A stretch of DNA of 64,000 nt from a candidate division CPR3 bacterium GWF2_35_18 (GCA_001771135.1 MESW01000005.1:17467-81466); one strand, 5' to 3'; positions 18,211 through 28,771 are shown, counted from the stretch's first letter. The notes: generated from the letters alone by a model not told the origin. Translations and numbers: made by a program.

Positions 18211-19758
18211 CTATTTTGCCACTTCTACCGCTCGAGATTCGCGGATTACCGTTACCTTTACTGTTCCTGGATAAACAATATCGGAATGTATTTTATTCGC
18301 AATATCGTGAGCTACTTTGGTAATTCCAGAATCAGATATTTTGCTGGGAATGGCAATCACCCGAACTTCACGTCCGGCCTGAATAGCATAAGCTTTGTCA
18401 ACACCTTCAAAGGAAGTTGCGATATTTTCCATATCCGAAACTCTCTTTAAATAACTTTCAAAATCTTCATATCTAGCTCCAGGTCTGGCACCGGAAATAG
18501 CATCAGCTACTTGCACCAGAATCGCTTCTACAGTTTTAAAGGTAACATCTTCATGATGAGCTTCTACCGCATGAATTACACTGTCTTGAATCTTGAATCG
18601 CTTTAAAAAGTCTACCCCTATCTGAACGTGAGACCCTTCATTATCCTCTTGTAAGACTTTCCCAATATCATGTAGTAAACAAGCAGTTTTTACAATCTTG
18701 ACATTCGCTCCAAGTTCGGTTGCCAAAACCTTCCCGATATTTACAACTTCCATGGTATGAGCCACCATATTCTGACCATAAGAGGTGCGAAATTTAAATC
18801 TTCCCAAAACATCAATCACCTCTCGAGGCAAACCTCCCACTCCCACATCGTAAACCAGCTTTTCTCCGGCTTCGTGGACTATTTTATCCACCTCTTTTTG
18901 CGCTTTTTCAACAACCTCTTCAATACGTGAAGGTTGAATTCGACCGTCAGTAATGAGCTTCTCCATGGCGCGTCGAGCAACTTCACGACGGAGACTGTTG
19001 AAAGAAGAAAGTTTAATCACTCCAGGTGTTTCATCAATATTCACATCAACACCAGAAGCTTTTTCAAAGGCTTTAATATTCCGACCTTCTCTTCCAATGA
19101 TCCGCCCCTTGATTTCATCATCAGGAATATTCACACTGGAACTTGTGTATTCGGCTACGTAATCAGTTCCACCCGCTTGTATTGCCTGAGCAATAATCTC
19201 CCGCGCTTTCTCTTCTGACTTATTTTTAATTTCCTCTTCGGTTTCTTTGATTCGGCGTGAAGTTTCATCAGAAAGATTTTTTTCTACTGCATCCAAGATA
19301 ATCTTTCGCGCTTCATCTTGAGTCATTACTGCAACTCGTTGTAATTTATCGAGCTGTCTTTTTTTGATCTCTTCTATTTCTTTTTCTTTATCATTTAGCT
19401 TGGTTTCTTGATTTTTGAAAAACCGTTCTCTTTCTTCTAAAGCTCCCAGTTTCTTTCCCAAACTGGTATTTTCCTGTTCAATTTTTCTCTCATAATCAGC
19501 TAAATCTCGACGCACTTTATCGCTCTCTACTTCCGCCTGACGTTTAATTTGATGTGCACGATCTTTAGCATCCACAACGATTTCCTTGGCATGAGTTTGA
19601 GCTTCTTTGATAATCTCTTCACTTTTTGCCGCTGACTCATTAGATGCTCCTAAAGGAACATTTCTCCGAGATTGTTGTCTTAAAAGAACAACTACCGCTG
19701 AAAGGGCTCCACCTGAAAAAAGGATAGTAATTCCCCATAAAAAATACATTGGATCCAT
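18211..19758 (-). CDS. rny: Ribonuclease Y.
   Basis: N-terminal TM, coiled coil, KH domain and HD domain (LLHDIGK). AAAGGAG SD. Confidence 0.9.
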   Translation of the reverse strand: MDPMYFLWGITILFSGGALSAVVVLLRQQSRRNVPLGASNESAAKSEEIIKEAQTHAKEIVVDAKDRAHQIKRQAEVESDKVRRDLADYERKIEQENTSLGKKLGALEERERFFKNQETKLNDKEKEIEEIKKRQLDKLQRVAVMTQDEARKIILDAVEKNLSDETSRRIKETEEEIKNKSEEKAREIIAQAIQAGGTDYVAEYTSSSVNIPDDEIKGRIIGREGRNIKAFEKASGVDVNIDETPGVIKLSSFNSLRREVARRAMEKLITDGRIQPSRIEEVVEKAQKEVDKIVHEAGEKLVYDVGVGGLPREVIDVLGRFKFRTSYGQNMVAHTMEVVNIGKVLATELGANVKIVKTACLLHDIGKVLQEDNEGSHVQIGVDFLKRFKIQDSVIHAVEAHHEDVTFKTVEAILVQVADAISGARPGARYEDFESYLKRVSDMENIATSFEGVDKAYAIQAGREVRVIAIPSKISDSGITKVAHDIANKIHSDIVYPGTVKVTVIRESRAVEVAK

Positions 19759-19783
19759 AAAAAACTCCTTTTAATACATCACC

Positions 19784-19804
19784 TCCCAATGTTCAGAATT
19801 GGGA
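19784..19804 (-). promoter_or_regulatory. Hairpin in the rny 5' leader (UCCCAAU-7 nt-AUUGGGA).
   Basis: Perfect 7-bp inverted repeat about 25 nt upstream of the rny start. Confidence 0.3.
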
Positions 19805-20071
19805 AATGAGATATATTTGTAATTGACCAAACAGGAAAATTAACCCTGATTTGAAGGGGAAGAGGTTATCTTTAAATGTAAATACTCAAAAGATATTGAA
19901 TTAATTGTTAAATTGGGAGATTCCAAGTATTTTATCAGTGTATTATCCATAATTCTGCACCATTTTAACAAACAGGTTTCCTCTTTTATCTATCCTCTTT
20001 GATCAAATTTTATAATTATTTATTAGCAAAAAAGCAGGATTTTCCTACTTTCAATCGTCAATCATACCTAC

Positions 20072-20707
20072 TTACGCTTTTTTAGTCAAGAAATTTTCTA
20101 TAGCCAAGGCCACGTCTTCCCATTCAAAACCCCGACGAAGAAGCAAATCCTGCATCTTTTTTTTCATTTTTAGTTTGTCACTATCCTTAAATCTCCAACG
20201 ATTTTTTTCTAAGACCGCTCCAGCCTCATCATATCCAGCCAAGACCTCCTCTTGTAATAAACGCTCGACAAGCTTACTATCAAGCCCCTTTACATACAGC
20301 TCTTGTTTAATTAAATTTTTACCCTTTTTAACTTTTGTTCGTTGTTCAATAAACCATTTTCCAAACTCAACATCATCAACATAGTGCAATTTCTCGAGTC
20401 TCTTTATGATCCCTTCCTGTTCGACATCAGTAATACCAACCTTCGTAGAGATATTTTGTAGCTTGATGATAACTTCCTTTTGCGATCGGGGACGAAAACT
20501 CAAAAAATGAAGAATTTTATCCCAAACTTTTTGGATACTATCATCATCCTTTAATTTACTAATCTCGTCTTGTGATAAATTATCACCCAGTTTGATTTTT
20601 TGAATTTCCCAAAGATCAGCCGAAACTCCAAAAGCGAATTTTTCATCCAAATAAATATTCAGACGTTTTCGATTCTTCTGGCTTTTTACGGCTGTAAGTT
20701 GAGGCAT
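20072..20707 (-). CDS. recX: Regulatory protein RecX.
   Basis: Immediately downstream of recA; RecX-like helical repeats, about 211 aa. Confidence 0.75.
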   Translation of the reverse strand: MPQLTAVKSQKNRKRLNIYLDEKFAFGVSADLWEIQKIKLGDNLSQDEISKLKDDDSIQKVWDKILHFLSFRPRSQKEVIIKLQNISTKVGITDVEQEGIIKRLEKLHYVDDVEFGKWFIEQRTKVKKGKNLIKQELYVKGLDSKLVERLLQEEVLAGYDEAGAVLEKNRWRFKDSDKLKMKKKMQDLLLRRGFEWEDVALAIENFLTKKA

Positions 20708-20712
20708 AAAAC

Positions 20713-21774
20713 TTATTCTTCTTCAGATTCCATATCTTTATTTTTTTTGCCTGTATCTTCCATACCTACTTCCATCTCATCAACACCGTTTTTGACCTGT
20801 TCCCTAATCCTAGCTTCAATCTGAGCAGTAAGAGGTTTATTCTCTTTCATAAAAATCTTAGCCGCTTCCCGTCCCTGACCAAGTCTAGTTTCTCCAAATT
20901 GATACCATGAACCTGATTTACTTACTACTTTAAGATCCACACCCACGTCCAAAAGGCTTCCCTCTTTTGAAACACCTTCAAGATACATAATGTCAAACTC
21001 GGCCATACGGAAAGGTGCCGCCAATTTATTTTTGACAATCTTTACTCGATGTCTTCCACCAATATTTTCCCCGTGTTCTTGGATCTGTCCAACCCGACGA
21101 ATATCAATCCGGATTGAAGAATAAAATTTCAAAGCGCGACCACCAGGAGTAGTTTCGGGATTTCCAAACATCACTCCAATCTTTTCGCGCAATTGATTGG
21201 TAAAAATTACACAGGTTTGAGATCTCGAAATCGCACCCGTTAATTTTCTTAAAGCCTGAGACATCAACCTTGCCTGAAGACCCATATGTGAATCACCCAT
21301 CTCTCCTTCGATCTCTGCTCGAGGCACAAGAGCAGCTACAGAATCAACCACAATTAAATCAATTCCTCCGGATCTCACTAAAGTTTCGGTAATTTCTAAA
21401 GCCTGTTCACCAGTATCCGGCTGCGAGATAAAAAGATCTTTAATATTCACTCCAATTTTTTGTGCATACATAGGGTCAAGGGCATGTTCTGTATCAATAT
21501 AAGCTGCGACCCCACCTCTTTTTTGCACCTCGGCCACAATATGAGAACAAACAGTCGTCTTTCCTGAAGATTCCGGACCAAAGATCTCGACAATACGACC
21601 TTTTGGTACTCCACCGATTCCCAGAGCCAAATCAATTGCGATTGAACCGGTAGGAATAACATCAACACTAAGATGCCTATTATCTCCTAGCTTCATAATT
21701 GATCCTTTTCCAAATTGTTTTTCAATCTGAGCAATCGCATTTGCTATTGCTTGTTTTTTACCATCATCAACCAT
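20713..21774 (-). CDS. recA: Recombinase RecA.
   Basis: [12 protein letters not shown]...GPESSGKTT...; 353 aa with an acidic C-terminus. Confidence 0.95.
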   Translation of the reverse strand: MVDDGKKQAIANAIAQIEKQFGKGSIMKLGDNRHLSVDVIPTGSIAIDLALGIGGVPKGRIVEIFGPESSGKTTVCSHIVAEVQKRGGVAAYIDTEHALDPMYAQKIGVNIKDLFISQPDTGEQALEITETLVRSGGIDLIVVDSVAALVPRAEIEGEMGDSHMGLQARLMSQALRKLTGAISRSQTCVIFTNQLREKIGVMFGNPETTPGGRALKFYSSIRIDIRRVGQIQEHGENIGGRHRVKIVKNKLAAPFRMAEFDIMYLEGVSKEGSLLDVGVDLKVVSKSGSWYQFGETRLGQGREAAKIFMKENKPLTAQIEARIREQVKNGVDEMEVGMEDTGKKNKDMESEEE

Positions 21775-21816
21775 TATAAAAATACCTCCTTAGGCAGATA
21801 TAAAATTATTTTAGAT

Positions 21817-23013
21817 TTATGATTCTAGAAAATCTTTAACGGTTTTCATATACGTATAGGCAGTTGGAATAAGATCATCGAGATACACACACTCATCTTT
21901 TCCGTGTAAATTTTCAAACCGGCAACCAAAACCGCAAATAACGGGAATCTTTAGCTTCGAAGCCAAAACATTACCATCATTGGCTGGGCCACAAACAGAT
22001 AAAGGAATTTTTTTATTCAATGTTTCCTGGGCGTTCTTTTGAAAAATCTGAATAATATTGGCATTCTGATCTGATAAATATGGTTCTTCCGCTCCCAATA
22101 AACTAAATTCGTAATGGAAATCGGTTTGTTTACTTTTAACTTCTTCTATTAAAGCTCTAATCTCTGAGACCACTTCTTCAGATTTTTGAGAAGGAACTGT
22201 CCGGATATCCAAAGATATTTCACAACGGTCAGGAACCACATTGATCGCACTTCCCCCATTTACAATTGAAATTGTTAGCTTTGGACCAAAAGGAAAAAGT
22301 GGATTTTTATGGTATTTTAATTGATGATTTGCAAGCTGCTGTAATAAAGGGATGGCTTTTGTAATTGCGTTAATTCCCAGATGCTTTCGCGAACCGGTAT
22401 GCGCTGATTTCCCATAAACGGCGATTTTAATTCTCACATATCCTCGGGAACCGATAAAAATTTCCTTATCATTGGGATATCCAATAAGTGAAGCATCTGC
22501 TTTGATCCCTTCATCCAAAATACTTTTTAAACCCGAGAAGTCTCCGTTATGTTCTCCACCATCAAAAGCCACAACTACCTGACCCTTTAGATTGGGATAG
22601 ACCTCATGTAAAGCCTTAAAACCATAGATATAAAAAGCTATGGTTGCCTTACAATCAGCGCTACCACGACCAAAAAGTTTTCGATCTTCAATAACTCCGG
22701 AAAAAGGTGGGGACTTCCAATCTGATTCTGTTCCCGGTCTGGCAGTGTCTAGAGGAGCCGATAACCAAAGAGTCTTTCCTTTACCGGTGAAAGGATAATA
22801 CAACACTGAATAATCCGCACCACGCCCGAGTAAATGGGAATCATAATTTAAAACAGTTAGTTTTTGGGCCACAAAATCAGCTAAGGCGTTCGCTCCTTGG
22901 GTATCATAGGAAGGAATCTTGACCATCTCCTGTAAAAAAGAGATCATTTGCGGTTCGTACTTTTTGATTTGGTTGAAAAGCTTTCCATCCATAGATGCGT
23001 AACTTGTGAACAT
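21817..23013 (-). CDS. M20 family metallopeptidase (ArgE/DapE/acetylornithine deacetylase-like).
   Basis: Metal-ligand motifs GRGSADCK, H...D and the dimerisation domain are typical of M20. Length 398 aa. Confidence 0.7.
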   Translation of the reverse strand: MFTSYASMDGKLFNQIKKYEPQMISFLQEMVKIPSYDTQGANALADFVAQKLTVLNYDSHLLGRGADYSVLYYPFTGKGKTLWLSAPLDTARPGTESDWKSPPFSGVIEDRKLFGRGSADCKATIAFYIYGFKALHEVYPNLKGQVVVAFDGGEHNGDFSGLKSILDEGIKADASLIGYPNDKEIFIGSRGYVRIKIAVYGKSAHTGSRKHLGINAITKAIPLLQQLANHQLKYHKNPLFPFGPKLTISIVNGGSAINVVPDRCEISLDIRTVPSQKSEEVVSEIRALIEEVKSKQTDFHYEFSLLGAEEPYLSDQNANIIQIFQKNAQETLNKKIPLSVCGPANDGNVLASKLKIPVICGFGCRFENLHGKDECVYLDDLIPTAYTYMKTVKDFLES

Positions 23014-23117
23014 GTAAATTTGTAACTCGATTCATTTTGGCGTATACCTTTAATATTAAGCCAAATAAACGAACTTGCTCCGAGGAAGAGATACCACAGA
23101 TTTTATTCTGTGGTAAT

Positions 23118-23193
23118 TCATTATACCCGAATTACTCCTCATTTGCATTATGCAAATCCATCTTTTGTAATTTAAAATGTGATTAATTCGGGT
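23118..23193 (-). promoter_or_regulatory. Candidate promoter/operator of the M20 peptidase gene.
   Basis: A perfect TATAAT (minus strand, 23123..23118) overlaps a 10-bp inverted repeat ACCCGAATTA / TAATTCGGGT (23123-23132 and 23184-23193). These flank a perfect 8+1+8 palindrome ATTTGCATtATGCAAAT (23139-23155). Confidence 0.45.
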
Positions 23194-23238
23194 TATACTC
23201 AACTACCCTTTATCCCAAATCTAAAAAAGTTGAGTATA
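23194..23238. repeat. Inverted repeat TATACTCAACT - 23 nt - AGTTGAGTATA, one member of a recurring motif (see 47053-47094 and 16086-16097).
   Basis: Perfect 11-bp arms. Confidence 0.6.
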
Positions 23239-23449
23239 TACTTAAAAAAGACAGATTTGGTAATGAGAGAAAACAATAATTATAGCTCTTAGCTTTTGAC
23301 CTCTGTATTTACTACAAACTAATGATTATTATTTATTACTTTTCTATAAACTCAATTAATTTAGGTATATCACACTAATTTGCGTTTGTCTTTGTATCGC
23401 AATACAAATTCGTATTTATGGGCGTCATATCAACCACAAAAATGACAGA

Positions 23450-23917
23450 TTATGTAAAGAAAAAATCAGCCAAGCTAAAAAGGATAAAGATTAGAAAAAA
23501 CCTAATTGTATCTTCAGTTATTAACCACTGTGTTGTATCACTCTTGATCTTCTTGATACCAAAAGTAATTAAAATCACGCTACTAATAAGCTCTGCTAAA
23601 CTCCATCCTAAATTGTTAACTCCTTGAATTAAGTAAATGACCAAAAAAACAAAGAATTGCATCAGATAAATAAAATATACTGTTCCAGGCATTTTCAATA
23701 TTTCGCGCGCGCGAATTCTAACCGTATCAATGACTAAAGCTTTGATCCATAAATAGAGAGCTACAAGAAAGAGAGGATTATTAAAAATGAAGTCAGTTGG
23801 CTGCGAAAATGGAACCACGATAATGAGAATTACAATGGAAATTAAACCAAAAAGGAAAAAGAAAATAGTAATATAGAGTTCCGAGATCTCTTTGATGAAA
23901 TTATTTTTTTTAATCAT
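23450..23917 (-). CDS. Hypothetical integral membrane protein (4 TM).
   Basis: Hydrophobic segments in the ORF. Confidence 0.45.
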   Translation of the reverse strand: MIKKNNFIKEISELYITIFFFLFGLISIVILIIVVPFSQPTDFIFNNPLFLVALYLWIKALVIDTVRIRAREILKMPGTVYFIYLMQFFVFLVIYLIQGVNNLGWSLAELISSVILITFGIKKIKSDTTQWLITEDTIRFFLIFILFSLADFFFT

Positions 23918-23920
23918 TAC

Positions 23921-24721
23921 TTATTCCGTTAACTCTTTTAAAACATACGGAATTTCGGCAACTAAGTCGGAAGCGTTGAAAAAGAAGGAAACTTTCTTTT
24001 TCAATCTATCCCCAGCATAACCATTGATAAAGACCCCAGCCTTGGCAGCAAGACAAAGTTCGTTTTTGGCCGCCAAAGCAGTAATAAGACCTGACAACAC
24101 GTCTCCGGTTCCACCTTTGGTCATCCCAGCATTTCCGGTCACGTTTTCCCAAAGATCCTCACCATCTGAAACATAATCTTTCTGTCCTTTCAAAAGAATA
24201 ATTGCATGATATTGCTTACTCATCATAAACACATTTTCTGAAGTCGCGGGCAGGTGAAAAAGAATTTCAAATTCTTTGGCATGTGGAGTCAAAATACAAT
24301 GCCGGTTTAAAAAACTTTTATCAACCATCTTAATTGCATCGGCGTCGATCACGACTTTTTTCTCTGGATAGTATTTCAAAAAGTTATTGATAGTGTCTTC
24401 TGTTTCTTTTGTCTGCTCCATCCCTATCCCAATCAAAACCACGTCAACTAAAGGAATGTATTGGGGAAGATCGACCGAAGTTAAAATAATAAACTCTGCT
24501 AGCTCGCTTTTCATCTTTTTGACAATCTCATTATTGGTAATCGCGGAGAAGAAATAAACTACATCCACAATCTTACTAGCCATTTTCGCGGCCAGAATCG
24601 GCGCCCCATGATACTTTTCACTTCCTCCAATTATCAGAATTCTGCCATTATTACCTTTATGTGAGGAAGGAAGTGGTTGAACTAAATTTTTTACAATCTC
24701 GGAATTAATTTGGGTAATCAT
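23921..24721 (-). CDS. nnrD: ADP-dependent NAD(P)H-hydrate dehydratase (YjeF C-terminal domain / Nnr2).
   Basis: GRILIIGGSEKYHGAPILAAKMA, TPHAKEF and GGTGDVLSGLI motifs. Confidence 0.75.
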   Translation of the reverse strand: MITQINSEIVKNLVQPLPSSHKGNNGRILIIGGSEKYHGAPILAAKMASKIVDVVYFFSAITNNEIVKKMKSELAEFIILTSVDLPQYIPLVDVVLIGIGMEQTKETEDTINNFLKYYPEKKVVIDADAIKMVDKSFLNRHCILTPHAKEFEILFHLPATSENVFMMSKQYHAIILLKGQKDYVSDGEDLWENVTGNAGMTKGGTGDVLSGLITALAAKNELCLAAKAGVFINGYAGDRLKKKVSFFFNASDLVAEIPYVLKELTE

Positions 24722-24726
24722 ATATT

Positions 24727-24778
24727 CTCACGGAAAAATCCGTGCTCCTCTTTCTCTTTTTCGTTAACCGTGAGAGAG
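24727..24778. promoter_or_regulatory. Inverted repeats in a divergent intergenic region: TCTCACGG...CCGTGAGA (8 bp, 34-nt spacer) nested with CACGG-aaaaat-CCGTG.
   Basis: Seen directly in the sequence, between the divergently transcribed nnrD and hydrolase genes. Confidence 0.35.
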
Positions 24779-24854
24779 AATAAAAAAATTATCTCATATT
24801 GAAGAATAAAATTACAAAATAGCTTTAATTCAATAATTATAATAAGATGAAGGA

Positions 24855-25682
24855 ATGCAAAAAAAATATTCAAAAAGTTTTGATGGAGCAAAGATCTTTT
24901 ATCACAAAACCCAAAATGATCCCAAAAAATGGCTGATATTTTTACATGGTCTGGGTGGAGATCTGACGGCCTGGGAAAAAGAAAGAAGATACTTCGACCA
25001 TTTAGGAATCTCTACTCTGGCAATTGATCTGCGAGGACACGGCCTTTCTGAAAGAGGAAAAAACAAAAACTTCTACAAATTAAAAAACCATATTTACGAT
25101 GTTAAAGTGATCCTCGAAAAGGAACAGATCCAAAAACCGGTTATTGTCGGTCATTGCTTTGGCGGAATGGTCTCGATAAATTACGGGGCGTATTTTCCCA
25201 GAGAAGTTGATGCTTTAGTCTTAGTTGATACTAGCTACAAGCTCCCCTTTTTCAGCAAACATAAGACCTGTGCTATCTTTTTGGAAAACATTTTGGAGCA
25301 GTTAGCAAAGATCTCACCGGAAAGACATATTGAAAGACATACTCACTTCAAAAACTTTTATGATACTTCGGACGTGGATTTTCGCCGATTATTATCAGAT
25401 GTTTTGCATGCCTCGATAAAAAGTTATCTGTTTTTATGCTCCAACTTAATTGAATATGACGCCGAAAGTTTATTGAAAAAGATTGTTGATCCGACTCTAG
25501 TAGTTGAAGGAACTCGAGACAGCATCTTTCCTCCCAAAATTGCTGCACTCTTAAAAGAAAGACTGATAAATTCGGAGATGGATCTAATTCCTGAAGCCAA
25601 TCACATCCTAATCATTAATTCTCCCAAAGAACTAAACCAAACTATCGACAGCTATCTCAAAAAAATTAGCTTCTTGAAGTAG
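24855..25682 (+). CDS. Alpha/beta-fold hydrolase.
   Basis: IFLHGLGGDLTAWE and the nucleophile elbow GHCFGG. Length 275 aa. Confidence 0.7.
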   Translation: MQKKYSKSFDGAKIFYHKTQNDPKKWLIFLHGLGGDLTAWEKERRYFDHLGISTLAIDLRGHGLSERGKNKNFYKLKNHIYDVKVILEKEQIQKPVIVGHCFGGMVSINYGAYFPREVDALVLVDTSYKLPFFSKHKTCAIFLENILEQLAKISPERHIERHTHFKNFYDTSDVDFRRLLSDVLHASIKSYLFLCSNLIEYDAESLLKKIVDPTLVVEGTRDSIFPPKIAALLKERLINSEMDLIPEANHILIINSPKELNQTIDSYLKKISFLK

Positions 25683-26883
25683 ATCTATTTTGTAACTCAT
25701 CCAGATAGTTCTTAACGTTTAGCGCACCGGAAAAATTATAATCTGTTTTTACAAATCCTTCATGAATTTTCAGTAAAGAATCTCTATCGTTCAAGTATTC
25801 CCAAAGTGTATTTTTAATTTCTGAATAATATTTAACCGGAGCTTGTGACTGCAGCAAACAATACATATCTACTTCCTGAGGCCCATGCGGGGAGCTAAGA
25901 AGATGCGGAATTCCCGTGGCTAAAGAATAAAAAACTAGTTCACTGGGACGAGAAACAATTAGGTTAACGTCCTTCATCATCCATTCATGTCCTACATCAA
26001 CAAGCTCTTTTGGAGACGAAACATACTGCTTATCAATATATTTCTCGAGTTCTAATCTTTGAATGACATCATCAACATCGTGTTTATACTCATCATGACC
26101 ACAAGAAATCACTTTTACTTTGACTTTATCTGCTTTGATCTGAGGGGCTAATTCCGTCAGAATATTTATATTATCTTCAATTTGTGATCTCGGACAAAAT
26201 AATCCCATATAAATTCCGATCGTAAATTTCTGTTTATATAAGTCGTTGTAAACTCGCTTTTGAATCTCCTTCCGTTTCTCCAAAATCCGCGGATCAAGCG
26301 GATGCCCAATCACTTTCAAGTTTTTTTCGGGGAGTCCGCAGCTATTCAAACAAACATGCATCGCCTTTGAATTTACGAGATTAAGAAGTCCGTCTGCCCG
26401 GTAAAAATCACCCGCCAAAACTCCAGTTTCATCAGGAATCACATTCAGAAGTGGGGTCTTTAGTTTCTGCATATGGAGATAGCTTCTTGCAGCAGAAGTG
26501 GTGATCGGATGCAAGGAAATAATAAGATCATACTGTTCAAATTGATACAGATTTCCGATACTTCTACCCAACATTCGACTCAAAAAATCAAGCAGGTTGA
26601 AAATAACAAATCGCGAAAAATAATATTTGAAGTCACAGGTATAATTAATTTTAGTGTGAAAAATTCGGGTTGGTTTGGTCATCGCTTTCAAAGCAATCTG
26701 GTTAATTAAAAAGTGATACAGCTGCGACCAAAACCGGGTTTTAAAAGAGGGAAAGTTTTTGAGTCCTTCCAACATCTCAATATAGGTAATCTTATGCCCC
26801 GCTTTTGCAAGCTCAATCCCGATTGAGTAGGATTCGCGGTAGTGACCGATACCGGTAAGTAGATACAGAATAGCAACTTTCAT
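25666..26883 (-). CDS. GT-B glycosyltransferase, MGDG-synthase/UgtP-like (GT28-like).
   Basis: The N-terminus MKVAILYLLTGIGHYRESYSIGIELAKAGH is a G-x-GH motif, and there is a C-terminal GT-B nucleotide-sugar binding region. Confidence 0.5.
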   Translation of the reverse strand: MKVAILYLLTGIGHYRESYSIGIELAKAGHKITYIEMLEGLKNFPSFKTRFWSQLYHFLINQIALKAMTKPTRIFHTKINYTCDFKYYFSRFVIFNLLDFLSRMLGRSIGNLYQFEQYDLIISLHPITTSAARSYLHMQKLKTPLLNVIPDETGVLAGDFYRADGLLNLVNSKAMHVCLNSCGLPEKNLKVIGHPLDPRILEKRKEIQKRVYNDLYKQKFTIGIYMGLFCPRSQIEDNINILTELAPQIKADKVKVKVISCGHDEYKHDVDDVIQRLELEKYIDKQYVSSPKELVDVGHEWMMKDVNLIVSRPSELVFYSLATGIPHLLSSPHGPQEVDMYCLLQSQAPVKYYSEIKNTLWEYLNDRDSLLKIHEGFVKTDYNFSGALNVKNYLDELQNRSTSRS

Positions 26884-26887
26884 AGAA

Positions 26888-27370
26888 TTATTTCTCCTTC
26901 ACAATTTGGATCACATTCTTTAAATGAAACTTGACCTGAATATATTTATCTAGCTTTAACTTTAACATCGGAAACATTGGCTGATTCAGTGCAGCGGTAT
27001 CAAAATTTATTTCCGGATATTTTTGCATAAAGTTAGTAAATCCTTTGGGAAGCACAAATTCAATGTGCTCGAGAGCTGAAGGACAGATCTGATCTTTTTT
27101 GGGCGCTACAAGTTCGATGGCCGAGATTATGTAATTTTTGTAAACTAATGGCTTTTTAAAAGCCACAATTCCCACTCTCCGACCACCCACAATCTCTTCG
27201 GACAAAGATTCTCCCAAGGATAGAAACTCTGGCTTTAGTTTATCATAATCCGCATCCGACGACGCTTGATAACCAAGATGGTCAAGTTCGTAGTTAGAAA
27301 CATCAATTTTTAACTCGGACAGCTTTTGAAAAACTAAATCTAAAAATTGTTCGTAATGATCAAGAATCAT
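26888..27370 (-). CDS. YecM-like VOC-superfamily protein.
   Basis: The LDHLGYQ, LEHIEFVLP and KFHL motifs parallel E. coli YecM (DHISLR, HIEIVLPG, KFHP). Confidence 0.45.
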   Translation of the reverse strand: MILDHYEQFLDLVFQKLSELKIDVSNYELDHLGYQASSDADYDKLKPEFLSLGESLSEEIVGGRRVGIVAFKKPLVYKNYIISAIELVAPKKDQICPSALEHIEFVLPKGFTNFMQKYPEINFDTAALNQPMFPMLKLKLDKYIQVKFHLKNVIQIVKEK

Positions 27371-27386
27371 AGAAACTCCTTATCGT

Positions 27387-27728
27387 TTAAAAATTAGAGG
27401 CACAAAGACAACCTTTATTTTTTAAGATCTCTTTCTGTTCAATAATCGTGTTTAGAAATTGATTCTGAACAGCGTTACCAACAGCGAATTTCGAATCAAG
27501 TGGAGTGTGGTGCTGATAACCACGGCGCTGAAATTCAGAGACCAAAGCCTCATGCCGCAAATACAGAGCTTTTTCTTTTCCTACCCAACGTAGCATTTCC
27601 GGATGTTTGGAGTATCCACCTTTCCCGCCATGCTTTACCAGAATATTCCAGAGCCCATGTAGCTCGCGGTGTTCAGCAACAAGATGTTTCTGGCACAGAT
27701 ATTTCGGTTCAAGATCCCAAATCCGCAT
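27387..27728 (-). CDS. Pyrimidine-dimer DNA glycosylase (endonuclease V / DenV-like, Pyr_excise family).
   Basis: The N-terminus MRIWDLEPKYLCQKHLVAEHRELHGLW matches the family hallmark MRLWSLHPKYLD..GLVA.WRE. Confidence 0.55.
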   Translation of the reverse strand: MRIWDLEPKYLCQKHLVAEHRELHGLWNILVKHGGKGGYSKHPEMLRWVGKEKALYLRHEALVSEFQRRGYQHHTPLDSKFAVGNAVQNQFLNTIIEQKEILKNKGCLCASNF

Positions 27729-27748
27729 GAATTAATTCCAATTAAAGG

Positions 27749-28150
27749 TTAAATCTTCAACAATCTCATCAAATAAAAAACCACCGTCGTCGTAAAACCA
27801 GAAATAATGGCCCCCCAAGCAAGATCTACAACAACAATAATAAAAGGCCAGTCTTTAATCGTTGCATAATTGGTAAGATCATAGGTAGCGTATGAAACCA
27901 GCCCAAAAAACATTCCGGATAACAACATCGTAGTCAGGCTACCCTGCTCTTTATTTGGCATAATTACAAAAAAGACAATGCCACCCACAAAAAGTAGATA
28001 AAAGATCAACGCCGCCAAAAGATTGGGATCATCGCGCATCAAAAAACCCAGATGTTCTCCATAAAAATCTTTGGCAATTAGCGATAACCACAAAAAATCA
28101 ATCGCCAGAAAAACCACCAAAGCTAAACCATATATTTTGACTACATTCAT
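27749..28150 (-). CDS. DUF2177-like small membrane protein (4 TM).
   Basis: LALVVFLAIDFLWLSLIAKDFY N-terminal pattern; 133 aa. Confidence 0.4.
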   Translation of the reverse strand: MNVVKIYGLALVVFLAIDFLWLSLIAKDFYGEHLGFLMRDDPNLLAALIFYLLFVGGIVFFVIMPNKEQGSLTTMLLSGMFFGLVSYATYDLTNYATIKDWPFIIVVVDLAWGAIISGFTTTVVFYLMRLLKI

Positions 28151-28165
28151 TTTTAACTCCTGAAG

Positions 28166-28771
28166 TTATCTATAACTTCGAATTTTTTCTTCGACACTTT
28201 TGGCTAATTTGACAAGCAACTCATTGCTAACTAACTTTGCTGAAGAACGGCCGATACGCACAAACTTTATCTCCGGATCAACCACCATATAGATATCAAG
28301 ATACTCACCTGGAGCTTTATCGGAAATCGAAATAAAGTTTTCCAAACCGATCGAAGGTTCGGAAACAATAGTTCGATCCAATATTTCCAAACCTTTTTTC
28401 TGCTTTTCCGCCTGACCATACCCAACATCCACCACCACAAAATCTACCTTATCGGTGTAGTAATTACATCCTACTGACATACTGTTTGAATAATCTTCAG
28501 TTTTTACAATCGTTTTATCTATCGCTACACCGGCCATCTCTTTGGTAAATTCATTACAGACATCGAGACCAAAAGAATACTGTCCGGTTTTTATAAAATC
28601 ACCGTTTGAATTAGTGTTGGAATTGTTGTTTGAGTTGTTGGAATTATTATTCCCGGAATTATTATTTCCGGAATTGTTGCTGATGGCTTGATAGGCAAAA
28701 AATCCGCCTCCAGCAACAACAGCAACAGCTAAAATTCCAATGACTAATTTGTTAGTTAGAAGTGCTTTCAT
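28166..28771 (-). CDS. Hypothetical secreted or membrane-anchored protein with an Asn/Ser-rich low-complexity linker (NSGNNNSGNNNSNNSNNNSNTNSN).
   Basis: N-terminal signal anchor. The DNA-level short tandem repeats at 28600-28680 encode the linker. Confidence 0.5.
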   Translation of the reverse strand: MKALLTNKLVIGILAVAVVAGGGFFAYQAISNNSGNNNSGNNNSNNSNNNSNTNSNGDFIKTGQYSFGLDVCNEFTKEMAGVAIDKTIVKTEDYSNSMSVGCNYYTDKVDFVVVDVGYGQAEKQKKGLEILDRTIVSEPSIGLENFISISDKAPGEYLDIYMVVDPEIKFVRIGRSSAKLVSNELLVKLAKSVEEKIRSYR

